Assembly: GCA_002763895.1 (NCBI GenBank)
Contig: NSLH01000008.1
Span: 12,914-76,913, forward strand
DNA from: [Chlorobium] sp. 445
GTDB taxonomy: Bacteria > Bacteroidota > Chlorobiia > Chlorobiales > Thermochlorobacteraceae
Direction: 5' to 3'
DNA length: 64,000 nt
Shown: piece after piece, positions 9,914-20,021 of the stretch
How the letters are laid out: the number at the start of each line of letters is the position of its first letter
How positions within the stretch are numbered: position 1 is the stretch's first letter
Made by a program: the position numbers and the translations under genes
Notes under the pieces: generated by a model
Told to the model about the DNA's origin: nothing
Databases searched by the model: none
Seen by the model: the letters and a program-made list of their open reading frames with translations, nothing else

Positions 9914-11466
9914 TTACAAAATTGAATGGACGACTTCACCATCCAAGATAGTTGCTAAAACTTGCGTTTGTGTCAGGCTTTGCGCAGGCATTTGAAAGAT
10001 ATTTTCAGAGAGCAGCACCAAGTCAGCCTCGCTGCCGACTTGAAGCACACCACGACACGCACCGATTATCTCTCGTGGCGTGCTCGTGTAGGCTTTAAGT
10101 GCATCTTGAAGTGCAAGCCGCTCTTGTGCATGCCACACTTGACCTTGTACATCACATCTTGCTACGGCATAGCGCAATCCCTCAAGTACATTTGGCGTCT
10201 CAACAGGCGCATCACTGCCGAAGATGAGTGTCGCACCACAGGCGCACAACGATTGAAATCGGTAGAGTCGATCGGTGCGTGTCCCCAATAGTCTTTGTGC
10301 TGGTGCAATATCGGCGCGAATATGAACCGGTTGCATGGATGCCACAACACCAAGCGCTGCAAAGCGCCCTACATCGCTATCGTGAATGGTTTGAGCATGC
10401 TCAATGCGATGTGCTAACCGTTTTGCTCTATGAGAATTCTGCAAAGCATGCAGCTCTTCAAACGCATTCAGAGCACGACGCACCGCTTTATCGCCAATAG
10501 CATGAACCGAAATTGAAAGCCCTTCACGCTCAATGAGCTTGAAGAGTTTAACCAGATCCGCATCAGCGTAAAAATCCATGCCCGACAAGTGCTGCCCTTC
10601 AAAAGGCTCAAGCATAGAGCATGTCTCAGAGCCCAGCGAGCCATCGAGAAAAAGTTTTGCTGCCTCGAGTGTTGTGCCGCTATCAGGATGTGCGGCATAA
10701 AATTTTTTGCAGCATCAAGTGATTCAAGATAGACCACAACACGCACGCGCAGTTTGAGCTTGCGCTCTAAAGCATGGTAGTCCGTCAGCGCACTTGCATC
10801 TTCCATCGTCACTGTTTCAGTGATGCCGAGTTTGAAGAATTCTTTTTGTGCTAGCTCAATTGCCGCTTGCCGCTCTTTGGCTGAAATTTGCACTAATGCC
10901 ATAGCTTTTTTTGCAGCACGCTCAAACGCCACACTTTTGAATCGTCCGCACTCCTCTCTGGGCAATTCTTCTGCGGAAAATTCGTTCGGATGAAGTTTCT
11001 CCAAAACGGGTGAATTGCACCATGCTGCATGCCAATCCGCACTGCGCAGCGCAATGAAATGTTCAGTTGAAATTTCATCAAGCAGCTGGGCAGTTGGGAA
11101 CGCGCCAAACGCATGGCGCGTCCAACCACTACCTGTAATCCATCTGCCTTTCGGAGTTTGTTCTGCCTTTTTGCGAATTTTCTCTAAGGCTTCGGGCAAT
11201 GAAAGTCCAGACAAGTTCAGTTGCGTCAGTTGGAGTCCGTATTCTGAAAAATGCGTGTGGCTATCGCAGAACGAAGGCAGCAGCAAACTGCCTTTGGCAT
11301 CAAGGCAATGTGCTGTTTTAACCTGCTTTGGTTCAGGCTCTACAAAGAAACGCACGATTTTTCCTGACTGAATTTCCAGCGCACGATATGCTGTTAGCGT
11401 ACCACTCGGATGCACAATCTGCACATTGCACAGCAGCAGCGAAGCGCTTGACATGTCAGATCTCAA
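9914..11466 (-). pseudogene. amidohydrolase-3 family metal-dependent hydrolase (YtcJ-like), frameshifted
   Basis: ORFs 10468-11466 (PSFCDSHTHF metal motif) and 9914-10615 (ISVHAIGD...HRIEHAQ...GSDAPV) belong to one protein. The break is in the A4T6 run at 10699-10708. Corrected reading: ...LDAAKKFYAAHPDSGTTLEAAKLFLDGSLGSETCSMLEPFEG... Confidence 0.8.
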
Positions 11467-11486
11467 AGTTTCGTAAAGGCAAAGCG

Positions 11487-12242
11487 TCAGTTACTGATTG
11501 CGTAGAGTACGATGTTTGTACCGAATTTTAAGGCTTCTTCGCGTTTTTCAGGCGGATCGTTATGCACATCAGGATTTGCCCAGCCATCACTTGGATTGGA
11601 TTCGTATGTGTAGAGCAGCACCAACCTGCCATTGTAGAAGAGTCCAAAGGCTTGCGGCGGCTTGTTGTCATGTTCATGCGTTTTGGGTAAGCCGTTTGGG
11701 AACTTGTAATAGATGTGATAAATCGGATGCGTGTATGGCAATTCTACGAGGTCTGTACCCGGAAAAATTCGCTTGACTTCACGTCGAAAACTTTTGTCCA
11801 TTCCGTAATCATCATCAGCGTAAATGAATCCGCCTGATTTGAGATAGTTACGAATGTTTTCAAGCTCTGCTTCGGTAAAGCGCACGTTGCCGTGTCCAGT
11901 CATAAAGACGAAAGAGTATTGAAATATCGCTGGGCTTGAAGCCTCAACGATTTCTTCCTTGAGCGGCGCTAGCACACCTACTCTTTCGCGGATAAACTTC
12001 ATAAGATTTGGCACAGCGGAAGGATCGTTATACCAATCGCCACCACCTGAGTATTTCAGGCGCGCACACTTGAAGGCATCAGGCAGTGCAGTTTGCGCCC
12101 ACACTTCTTGCGATAGGCTTAAGTGAAGACAGATACTTATAGCGATTATAGCGAACAGCAACCTTGCGTGTTGAAGAGATTGTGATACGATTGCATCAAG
12201 CAAAGTCTGTCGTTGTATCATTTGTACAGAAAATGATTTCAA
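11487..12242 (-). CDS. DUF4159-like secreted protein
   Basis: 251-aa ORF (TTG at 12242; the ATG at 12221 is a more likely start). Signal peptide, then ARLKYSGGGDWYNDPSAVPNL...FVFMTGHGNVRFTEAE...LKSGGFIYADDDYG, which matches my recollection of DUF4159. Confidence 0.6.
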   Translation of the reverse strand: MKSFSVQMIQRQTLLDAIVSQSLQHARLLFAIIAISICLHLSLSQEVWAQTALPDAFKCARLKYSGGGDWYNDPSAVPNLMKFIRERVGVLAPLKEEIVEASSPAIFQYSFVFMTGHGNVRFTEAELENIRNYLKSGGFIYADDDYGMDKSFRREVKRIFPGTDLVELPYTHPIYHIYYKFPNGLPKTHEHDNKPPQAFGLFYNGRLVLLYTYESNPSDGWANPDVHNDPPEKREEALKFGTNIVLYAISN

Positions 12243-12386
12243 AAGTTTGTGTCAAAAAAGATATACGAATGAACGAATTTTATTCTCCTCCTGTTCTTAG
12301 AGCCGACTGACGGGTCGGTCGAAGTTCCTTACCGCACCTGTCATAGCTTAACTGCTTTTACTTCTAACGCTTTTTTTGGAGTCTAC

Positions 12387-13343
12387 ATGCCAAACAGTAA
12401 CATCGCCTTAGAGCCATCGGCTACTTCACTTGCCGGTGCACAAACCAGCAGTGCAGCTGAGCCGCAATTTGCGCTTTCTCCTCAGAGAGAAAAAGCCATT
12501 CGCATCATCAAAGTCTTGCTTTTCAGCGCCTCCATAATTCCTGCTATTGTGACGGGCGCCATCGCTTATCATCAAGGGTATTTTGAGACATTTCACTTTC
12601 TGCTTCTTGCGCTGGGTCTCTTTATCGGACAAGCTGGCGGCGATTATCTCTACTACTACGGCACAAATTTCCACACCGACCAGCGCGATGCGCATACCAA
12701 AATTTTCGCTGGCTGGCGTCCTTTCTTTGCCGATAACCTTTTCAAAGATGAACAGACTCTCGTCGCCGGCATTTTGTGTCTGGTACTTGATGCTTTGATT
12801 GGAATATACTTCACATATAAAATTGGCTACGAAATTTTGCTCTTTGCACTCTTGGGCGGTTTGGTTGCGATTTTCTTTACACCGCTGATGCTTCGTGGCT
12901 ACAAAGAGGTCGTCATTTTCATCACTTTTGGACCGCTTTCTATGATGGGAGTCTATTACGCTCTTCATCCGAGCTTCAATCTTGTACCTTTGGTGATGTC
13001 GTTGCCTGTCGCCTGCTTTGTTACGGTTGTTGCGTATCTCAAAGGTGCGCGCTATGAACTGCGTGAGGAAGCAGGTCGCTCTTTTGTTATTAAACTTAAT
13101 AACAGCGTTATCAAATCGCTCCTCATGGCTGGCTACCTTGTCTTGATTGCAGGCGTAGCCATGCAAATTTTACCTATGCTGACACTCCTTGGTCTGCTCT
13201 CTATTCCGTTTGCGATTTCTGTTGTTCGCACGGTCGAAGGTCAGCGCAGCGAAGTGCATGAATACCTCTGGGCAACAGTGCGCTCAATTGCTGTGCTTAT
13301 CACCTTCGGCGTGCTGGTTAGCATCGGCTTTATTATGACCTAA
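12387..13343 (+). CDS. UbiA-superfamily (MenA-like) prenyltransferase paralog 1, Asp-rich motifs degenerate
   Basis: 318 aa, polytopic, alignable along its length with the next two genes. Motif 1 reads GGDYLYYYGTNFHTDQRD and motif 2 reads AYLKGARYELREEAG, so the catalytic Asp residues are lost. Confidence 0.75.
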   Translation: MPNSNIALEPSATSLAGAQTSSAAEPQFALSPQREKAIRIIKVLLFSASIIPAIVTGAIAYHQGYFETFHFLLLALGLFIGQAGGDYLYYYGTNFHTDQRDAHTKIFAGWRPFFADNLFKDEQTLVAGILCLVLDALIGIYFTYKIGYEILLFALLGGLVAIFFTPLMLRGYKEVVIFITFGPLSMMGVYYALHPSFNLVPLVMSLPVACFVTVVAYLKGARYELREEAGRSFVIKLNNSVIKSLLMAGYLVLIAGVAMQILPMLTLLGLLSIPFAISVVRTVEGQRSEVHEYLWATVRSIAVLITFGVLVSIGFIMT

Positions 13344-13391
13344 CAACTTCTTTTTAGAAACTTCTTTCCTCAATTCAGAAGGTAAAGACTT

Positions 13392-14318
13392 ATGAGTACC
13401 ACGGTAAAACAATTTTCACTTGGTGAGTGGATTGGCATTTGGATTAAAGCCGCACGTGCGCCCTTTCTTGTGACCAGCGCGCTGCCTGCTATTCTCGGCG
13501 GTGTGATTGCCTACGCTCACGGCGCATTTGACTGGACAATTTTTCTGCTTGCCTTTCTTGGTATCATTTTCGCCCACACGGCAGCGGATTTCATTGACGA
13601 TTACTTTGATTACAAGAATGGTAACTTCGCCAACAAAGACCAACAATTTCACGACAGCCCTCTCGTGCGCGGCATCATTAGCGCTAATCAAGTTCTGCTG
13701 GCGTTTTTACTCTGCCTTGCACTTGCACTGGCTGCTGGTCTTTACATTTTGCTGCACGTTGGCGCACCTGTCTTGATTCTCACAGCAGTTGGTGCGTTTA
13801 TTGTGCTCTTTTATACCTCACCGCCTGTTCGCCTTAACTTTCGTGGCTTAGGTGAAACCTCGCTCTTTTTAGCGTTCGGACCTATGGTCGTCTTCGGCGT
13901 CTATTTTGTTCTGACGCAGTCGTTTAATTGGTCGCCGATTCTTGCAGCGGTGCCCATCGGCATTTTCGTGATGAATGTCGGTATCGTGAGCAACATCTTT
14001 GACCATGATGACGATGTCAAGAACAAAAAATTCACGATGCCTGTAAAGTTAGGACAAGCCACAGCTGTGAAAGTGCTCACTGTCGTTACAATCCTTGCTT
14101 ATCTTTTCCCAATAGCTTGTGTTGTATTCGGCATGCTGCCTCTTTCTTGTCTGCTCATTTTGCTCACGCTGCCGATGTCGCTCAAAATGCTTAAACTTGC
14201 GCAGCATTACAGCGACCTTTCACAGTACCAGCCTGCCATGTCGCAAGCCATTGGTGTCGTGACGCTTGGCAGTTTAGCAATGATTATTGGTTACGCAATT
14301 GCCATCTTTATTCAATAA
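13392..14318 (+). CDS. UbiA-superfamily (MenA-like) prenyltransferase paralog 2
   Basis: 308 aa. Motif 1 is ADFIDDYFDYKNGNFANKD. Motif 2 is the variant SNIFDHDDDVKNKKFTMPVKLG. Confidence 0.8.
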   Translation: MSTTVKQFSLGEWIGIWIKAARAPFLVTSALPAILGGVIAYAHGAFDWTIFLLAFLGIIFAHTAADFIDDYFDYKNGNFANKDQQFHDSPLVRGIISANQVLLAFLLCLALALAAGLYILLHVGAPVLILTAVGAFIVLFYTSPPVRLNFRGLGETSLFLAFGPMVVFGVYFVLTQSFNWSPILAAVPIGIFVMNVGIVSNIFDHDDDVKNKKFTMPVKLGQATAVKVLTVVTILAYLFPIACVVFGMLPLSCLLILLTLPMSLKMLKLAQHYSDLSQYQPAMSQAIGVVTLGSLAMIIGYAIAIFIQ

Positions 14319-14335
14319 CTCTATCTCTTTTCTCT

Positions 14336-15292
14336 ATGAATACATCATCTGTTCAAGATGCAAAGCCGGTTGCAGCGCAAACTTGGTGGATAGCCTTGCG
14401 ACCCTATTCTTTTAGCGCATCTGTTATCCCTGCAATTATGGGTGGTGTCATTGCGCTGTGGATGCGCTCGAGGGGACTTGTTGAGTTCGACTTTAGCATT
14501 GTCAATTTCATTTTGTGCATCATTGGCTGTGTCGCCATTCACAGCGTAACGAACTTGGTCAATGATTACTTTGACTATAAGACTGGGCTCGATAACAAGG
14601 ATAACTTTGGGGCGATGAACATTCTCGTGCAAGGTGCCCTGACGCCTGAACAGGTTCGTAACGCCACGATTGTTGCCTTTGTGATCGCCGCAGCCATTGG
14701 TGCCTATTTCATCTTTGAAGCAGGTCCAAAAGCTGATGTGCTGATTTACTTGATTGTCTTCGGCGCACTCTCAGCGTACTTCTATACCGCACCACCGCTC
14801 TCGCTTAAATACCGTGGGCTTGGCGACTTGCAAGTTGTTCTTTCTTTTGCAATGCTCATGGTTTTCGGCGCATATTATGTGCAAACCAAGTCCTTTTCGT
14901 GGCTACCCATCATTTACTCGATTCCGATTGGCTTGCTTGTCGATGACATTTTGCACATCAACAACTTGCGCGATATTCCTGCTGATAAGAAAGCGCAGAT
15001 TTCCACTTTGGCAATCTGGCTTGGGGAAAAGAGTGCAAAGAAGTTTCACTATGTCTTGTGCTTTGGGGCATTTCTTAGCGTTGGCGTGATGATTGCCTTT
15101 GCAAAGCTCACTTGGTTTTCGCTGCTGACGCTGTTGGCTCTACCTTCGGCAATCAAGCTCTCGCAGGAAGTTTCTGCCATGACACAGCCAAATGTTGACC
15201 CGATGATTGTAGCGCGTGCGGCGCAACTGCATGCTAAGTTTGGCGCTTTGATGATCTTAGGATTTATCATCGGAACGTTTTTGCCTTACTAA
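14336..15292 (+). CDS. UbiA-superfamily prenyltransferase paralog 3, closest to 1,4-dihydroxy-2-naphthoate prenyltransferase (MenA)
   Basis: 318 aa with both canonical motifs: NLVNDYFDYKTGLDNKD and NNLRDIPADKKAQISTLAIWLG. Confidence 0.8.
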   Translation: MNTSSVQDAKPVAAQTWWIALRPYSFSASVIPAIMGGVIALWMRSRGLVEFDFSIVNFILCIIGCVAIHSVTNLVNDYFDYKTGLDNKDNFGAMNILVQGALTPEQVRNATIVAFVIAAAIGAYFIFEAGPKADVLIYLIVFGALSAYFYTAPPLSLKYRGLGDLQVVLSFAMLMVFGAYYVQTKSFSWLPIIYSIPIGLLVDDILHINNLRDIPADKKAQISTLAIWLGEKSAKKFHYVLCFGAFLSVGVMIAFAKLTWFSLLTLLALPSAIKLSQEVSAMTQPNVDPMIVARAAQLHAKFGALMILGFIIGTFLPY

Positions 15293-15348
15293 GTTGTTTT
15301 AGGTTTTACCCCATAGTAAGTAAAAACCTGTTCCTTGTAAGTAGGCTC

Positions 15349-15390
15349 GGGTGAGCCGCTCAATGGGTAGCGGCTCACCCATTCGTTTTC
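15349..15390 (+). terminator. rho-independent terminator after the UbiA triple
   Basis: 12-bp perfect stem GGGTGAGCCGCT / AGCGGCTCACCC with an 8-nt loop, followed by ATTCGTTTTC. A weaker hairpin (AGGTTTT / AAAACCT) precedes it at 15301-15329. Confidence 0.8.
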
Positions 15391-15512
15391 AGCTTTTCTC
15401 ATCTTTATCTGTGTTACTTTTTTTATCACTTTTTGCGGCGCATATTTTCCTCATGTTTGCTACTTTTGCTCTTTATCGCTAATTACTTGCCAGATTCAAC
15501 ATAGGATTTGCG

Positions 15513-16223
15513 ATGTTCTCTTCGCTCAAAACGACACTTGATGCTGCACTTCATCTTTTTTACCCACGTCTATGTTTAGTTTGCGAAAGTCGCTTGCTTG
15601 CTGCCGATGAAAAATTTGTTTGTGCTGACTGCGAACGTGATTTTGACATCTTCAGCCTTCCCAATGAATCCACTGATGAGATGTTGCGTCGCCTGCACAA
15701 GAATTTTCCCGCACAAACGGTGATTCAAGATGCCATTTCGCTCTATCGCTTCTACAAAGAGGGTAAGATTCAAGCTGTCATTCATGCGTTCAAATATGAC
15801 AGCTTGCCGCAAGTTGCTGTGGAATATGGCAGAAAACTCGGTCATAAAATTTTGACAGAACGCCCTCATGTTCACTTTGATGCGGTAACTTTCATGCCAC
15901 TGCATCGGCTCAAATACATTGAGCGAGGATATAATCAAGCCGAGCGGCTTGCGGCAGGGGTTGCTGATGTGATGCATTTGCCATTGCTTTCTTGTGTGGA
16001 GCGAACGCGATACACTAGCACGCAAACAGGCTTAGATCTTTCTGAGCGTGAAGCTAATATGAAGGGGGTTTTCCGCGCAACCATGGCTCTTACTCACAAG
16101 CGTCTTTTGCTCATTGATGATGTTTTTACAACTGGCGCTACCATGCTCTCGTGTGCCCGTGCGCTTGCTGACGCTGGTCTTGCACACCTCACGATTGCAA
16201 CACTGGCTGTAACCGCTGGATAG
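15513..16223 (+). CDS. ComF-family protein (phosphoribosyltransferase domain)
   Basis: 236 aa. N-terminal zinc-finger-like CLVC...CADC and C-terminal PRT motif LLLIDDVFTTGAT. Confidence 0.8.
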   Translation: MFSSLKTTLDAALHLFYPRLCLVCESRLLAADEKFVCADCERDFDIFSLPNESTDEMLRRLHKNFPAQTVIQDAISLYRFYKEGKIQAVIHAFKYDSLPQVAVEYGRKLGHKILTERPHVHFDAVTFMPLHRLKYIERGYNQAERLAAGVADVMHLPLLSCVERTRYTSTQTGLDLSEREANMKGVFRATMALTHKRLLLIDDVFTTGATMLSCARALADAGLAHLTIATLAVTAG

Positions 16224-16283
16224 TTTTTAGAAAAGTTTTGTAACATTTAGGCAAAACCTTGAGTTAATCTACTCACAGCGTCC

Positions 16284-17009
16284 ATGGATTTATTTTATGC
16301 GCCGCCTGAGCAAATTTCATCTGATACGCTCACGCTTATTGGCGATGAGTTTCATCATGCAAGTCATGTGCTTCGTAAAAAAGTCGGAGATGTGCTCTAC
16401 TGTATTGATGGCGAAGGTCAGCTTTACACGACGCGTATTACTGCCCTTACGAAATTTTCGCTAAGTGCCAAGATTGAACATGTTGAAGTTGAGCCGCCGC
16501 CTCTGTCGCATATTGCGGTTGCAATTTCGCTGACCAAAACAAATGATCGGTTTGAGAATTTTTTGGAGAAAGCCACTGAACTTGGCGTCAGCGAGATTAT
16601 TCCGATGCTTACAGCGCGCACAGTTGCGCGTCCCAAACCGGAGCAGTACCCCAGCAAACTGAAGCGTTGGCGCAATATTTTGCTTGCAGCAACGAAGCAA
16701 TCGCAGCGTTATCGGATTCCGAAGCTACACATGATTACGCCTTTTGAAGAAGTGTTGAAGCGCACAGATGAGTTGCGGGTGTTACCTTATGAATTTTCGC
16801 GTCAAAAAATTCAAATAGAGTTTGCAGGTAAAGGTGTGTTGTTTGTAATTGGTAGCGAAGGTGGCTTTACACCAGAAGAAGTTGAGGCAGCGCATCGTGC
16901 AGGCTTTATTGAGATTTCTCTTGGCAAAACGATTTTGCGTGTAGACACTGCGGGCATTTTTGTTGTGGCTATGGTGCGAGCTGAAGAACTGCGTCAACGC
17001 TCTGCTTGA
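16284..17009 (+). CDS. rsmE: 16S rRNA (uracil1498-N3)-methyltransferase
   Basis: 241 aa. LFYAPPE...GDEFHHASHVLRKKVGD...QSQRYRIP...IGSEGGFTPEEV...ISLGKTILR, the typical RsmE layout. Confidence 0.85.
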   Translation: MDLFYAPPEQISSDTLTLIGDEFHHASHVLRKKVGDVLYCIDGEGQLYTTRITALTKFSLSAKIEHVEVEPPPLSHIAVAISLTKTNDRFENFLEKATELGVSEIIPMLTARTVARPKPEQYPSKLKRWRNILLAATKQSQRYRIPKLHMITPFEEVLKRTDELRVLPYEFSRQKIQIEFAGKGVLFVIGSEGGFTPEEVEAAHRAGFIEISLGKTILRVDTAGIFVVAMVRAEELRQRSA

Positions 17010-17084
17010 TAGCATGCTCGGCACTACTTCCGACAAGATTTAGTTAGCGCTTAGAAATCTGTATTTTCGCATGATTCTAAAGGC

Positions 17085-17885
17085 TTGAACGCAATGCAAA
17101 ACACCTTGCCATCTTATGCTGAACGACTCAATGCTCGGCTCAAAGCGTTTTTCCTCACCATGCAGGAGTTCTTCGAGTTTTCTATGCGCACATTTGGTGC
17201 ACTTGGGGCTACTCGACGCTATTGGAAAGATGTTACTTATCAAATGTATGTCAGTGGTACCGAGTCGCTGCTGATTGTATTGGTTAGCGCCGTCTCGATT
17301 GGTGGATTACTGACCTTTGAGATTGGCAATATTCTCACAGAATTTGGCGCAAAAGGTTTGATTGGGCGCACAACAGCTTTCTCAATTATTCGCGAGTTAG
17401 GACCATTGCTGACAGGCATTATGCTCTCAGCGCGTGTTGGGGCACGCAATGGCTCAGAACTTGGCGCTATGAAAATTTCTGAACAGATCGATGCACTGCG
17501 TGCGTTTGGCACAGACCCGATTGCTAAACTTGTGGTGCCGCGCCTTGTTGCAGCGCTGATTATGTTTCCGCCGCTTACTGCGCTCTGCGATGCGGCAGGA
17601 TTGCTTGCTGGCGCATTTATGGCAATTGGCTATCACAGTTTAGACCCCGCATTTTACTGGAATCCTGTGATGAGCTATCTCGTGCCAAAAGATTTTTATG
17701 TCGGCTTTCTTAAGCCACCTGTCTTTGCAATTTTGATGACGCTGGTTACCTGCTTCAACGGGTTTTCAGCTACAGGCGGCACCGTTGGTGTTGGCAATTC
17801 AACGATTAAAGGGATTGTGGTCTCTTGTGGTCTGGTGATGGTATTTAATTTCTACATCTCAAAACTTGTCTTTGAAATTCTATGA
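17085..17885 (+). CDS. mlaE: MlaE-family ABC transporter permease
   Basis: 266 aa. IRELGPLLTGIMLSARVGA...GAMKISEQIDALRAFGTDP, the conserved MlaE core. First gene of a permease/ATPase/MCE operon. Confidence 0.85.
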   Translation: MNAMQNTLPSYAERLNARLKAFFLTMQEFFEFSMRTFGALGATRRYWKDVTYQMYVSGTESLLIVLVSAVSIGGLLTFEIGNILTEFGAKGLIGRTTAFSIIRELGPLLTGIMLSARVGARNGSELGAMKISEQIDALRAFGTDPIAKLVVPRLVAALIMFPPLTALCDAAGLLAGAFMAIGYHSLDPAFYWNPVMSYLVPKDFYVGFLKPPVFAILMTLVTCFNGFSATGGTVGVGNSTIKGIVVSCGLVMVFNFYISKLVFEIL

Positions 17886-18609
17886 TTGAATTTCGCAATG
17901 TCTCTCTCCGATACGGCTCACGGGAAATTCTCAAGAACATTTCTCTTACTTTTGAAGACCGCGTGATTCATATGATTCTCGGTCCTTCGGGTGTCGGCAA
18001 AAGCACGATTATCAAATTGATGTTAGGCTTAATCAAACCCACATCAGGCGAGATTTATGTCGATGGTGTGGAAATTAGTCGCTTTACGGAAAAGCAGCTT
18101 TTTCCAATTCGTCAAAAAATGGGGATTGTCTTTCAGGGCAATGCGCTTTTTGACTCTATGACCGTCAGTGAAAACTTAGGTTTTTTTCTGCGCGAGAATT
18201 TAAAATTGCCGGAAGAGGAAGTACAACGCCGCATCAAAGAGCAAATCAAATTTGCTGGATTGGAAGCTACGAGCACGCTTTGCCTGAACATTTATCGGGC
18301 GGAATGAAGAAGCGTGTGGCGATTGGTCGTGCACTTATCTTTCATCCCGAATTTATCTTGCTTGATGAGCCAACCGCTGGTCTGGATCCTATCAGTTCAA
18401 AAAAGATTCTCGATTTCATTAAACGCTTGAAAGAAGAAATTGGACTTGGCGCTGTGATGGTTACACACATCATTAGCGATGTCTTTGGTGTCGCCGATAA
18501 AGTTGCCGTGCTTTACGGCGGCGAAATCATCTATTGCGGTACTCCTGAAAAGATGCAAGACGTTTCGCATCCGTTTATTATGTCGTTTCTTGCAAATGCC
18601 GAAGTGTAG
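17882..18609 (+). pseudogene. mlaF: MlaF-family ABC transporter ATP-binding protein, frameshifted
   Basis: ORF 17882-18307 has Walker A (GPSGVGKST). ORF 18280-18609 has the signature LSGGMKKRV and Walker B ILLDEP. The break is around 18257-18268, and one added base gives ...FAGLEGYEHALPEHLSGG... Confidence 0.85.
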
Positions 18610-18639
18610 GCACATGCACTCAATCATTATCATCTTTCC

Positions 18640-19602
18640 ATGGCAGAAACAGTAGCTAACACTTTCACTTCAGACAGAGTCCAGTGGCGCAACCTGCGCA
18701 CGGGCATTTTGTTCACGCTTGGTGTTGCCGTTATGGCTGTGCTGGCACTTGTAATTGGTAAAAATACCAGTGCACTCTCGAAGAAAGTTACTTACAAACT
18801 TTTCGTGCCAGATATTGGTGGACTGGCTGAAAACAACCTTGTCTCGGTTGCAGGCAAAAAAGTTGGCACAGTCTTGGCGCTCGACTTTGCCTCGCCTAAC
18901 GATACAACTATCGGCGTCGAGGTTACTTTGCTCATCAACCAAGAATACGCCTATCTCTTTCGTGAAGGCTCGCGGGCAACGATTACAGGACGCGGTGTTT
19001 TAGGCGATAAACTTGTTGCTGTTGTACCCGGGCATGGCAAACCGCTTCCTGCAGGGAGTTATTTGGAATATGAAGCCTCAATGGGGTTGGAAACTGTGCT
19101 GGGCTCTGTCTCACACACGATTGATAGCGTCAGCGTACTGCTCTCCAAAATCAACCGTGGAGAAGGCACACTGGGTCAGCTGCTCACGTCTGATGAGCTC
19201 TTGCAGCGACTAAATCACACAGTGTCGAATCTGGAGCGTGCTACAGCATCACTTACACAAGGCAATGGTCTGGTGCCGCGCTTGCTCAACGACCGTGCTC
19301 TTGCAGGCAATGTAGAGAATATCACACGCAACCTCAATGACATTTCACTTTCACTTAAAAAAGGTGATGGCACATTAGGCAAATTTCTTGTCGATGATTC
19401 GTTTTATCACAATCTCAATGCTGTTACGCAGCGCTTAGACACCTTAATTTCTCGGCTGGACAATCCCAATAGCACACTCGGCAAACTCACTGGCGATGCA
19501 GCACTTTACAAAAATCTCAACAGCACAGCTGCAGCACTGGATTCACTGCTCAATGACCTACGCAGAAATCCTAGCCGATATGTGACTATTCGGGTCTTTT
19601 GA
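18640..19602 (+). CDS. mlaD: MlaD/MCE-domain protein
   Basis: 320 aa. N-terminal TM helix, MCE domain (VSVAGKKVGTV...), repeated GTLGxL helical C-terminus. Third gene of the Mla-type operon. Confidence 0.8.
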   Translation: MAETVANTFTSDRVQWRNLRTGILFTLGVAVMAVLALVIGKNTSALSKKVTYKLFVPDIGGLAENNLVSVAGKKVGTVLALDFASPNDTTIGVEVTLLINQEYAYLFREGSRATITGRGVLGDKLVAVVPGHGKPLPAGSYLEYEASMGLETVLGSVSHTIDSVSVLLSKINRGEGTLGQLLTSDELLQRLNHTVSNLERATASLTQGNGLVPRLLNDRALAGNVENITRNLNDISLSLKKGDGTLGKFLVDDSFYHNLNAVTQRLDTLISRLDNPNSTLGKLTGDAALYKNLNSTAAALDSLLNDLRRNPSRYVTIRVF

Positions 19603-19634
19603 GATGAGAGAAAGTATGGATGAGCATTGCGCAA

Positions 19635-19874
19635 TTACTTTTTTACTTTTTCGTATTCGCGTTCTCTTTCTTTTTCGCGTTCGCGCCGCTGCACCAAGAG
19701 TTCTTCGTAGATGTTGATGAGCTCGTTGTAGATACCGATCCCAATGATGGTCGGTGCCCATAATCCAATGAATACACCAACCGCTTCATGATTTGGACTC
19801 GTACCGAAGACAAACATGTAAATTGAGAGCACAATAGAAAGTCCAGCAGCAGCAAAGTAGTAAATCGGCTTCAT
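19635..19874 (-). CDS. small membrane protein (hypothetical)
   Basis: 79 aa with two hydrophobic helices and a highly charged tail (RREREKEREREYEKVKK). No family recognised. Confidence 0.45.
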   Translation of the reverse strand: MKPIYYFAAAGLSIVLSIYMFVFGTSPNHEAVGVFIGLWAPTIIGIGIYNELINIYEELLVQRREREKEREREYEKVKK

Positions 19875-20021
19875 AGTTTTTCGTCATAGAAACCCACAGC
19901 AGGGTCTTTTGATGCAGAGCTGTTTAGACCTTGTAGATTGAAGACCTTTCAGATTCTATACACAGCAGGTAATTTACAATGCAAAAAGCTATCTTGAAAC
20001 GATGTAACTGGCTTTTATGAC

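Noticed and set aside
12426-13166. 246-aa antisense ORF opposite UbiA paralog 1, and similar long antisense ORFs at 15576-16025, 24758-25327, 27721-28152, 34411-34956, 49508-49939, 56048-56473 and 56836-57351
   Set aside because: These are shadow ORFs on the strand opposite genes with clear family motifs. Their translations are low-complexity or Arg/Ser/Cys-rich, and I recognise no domains.
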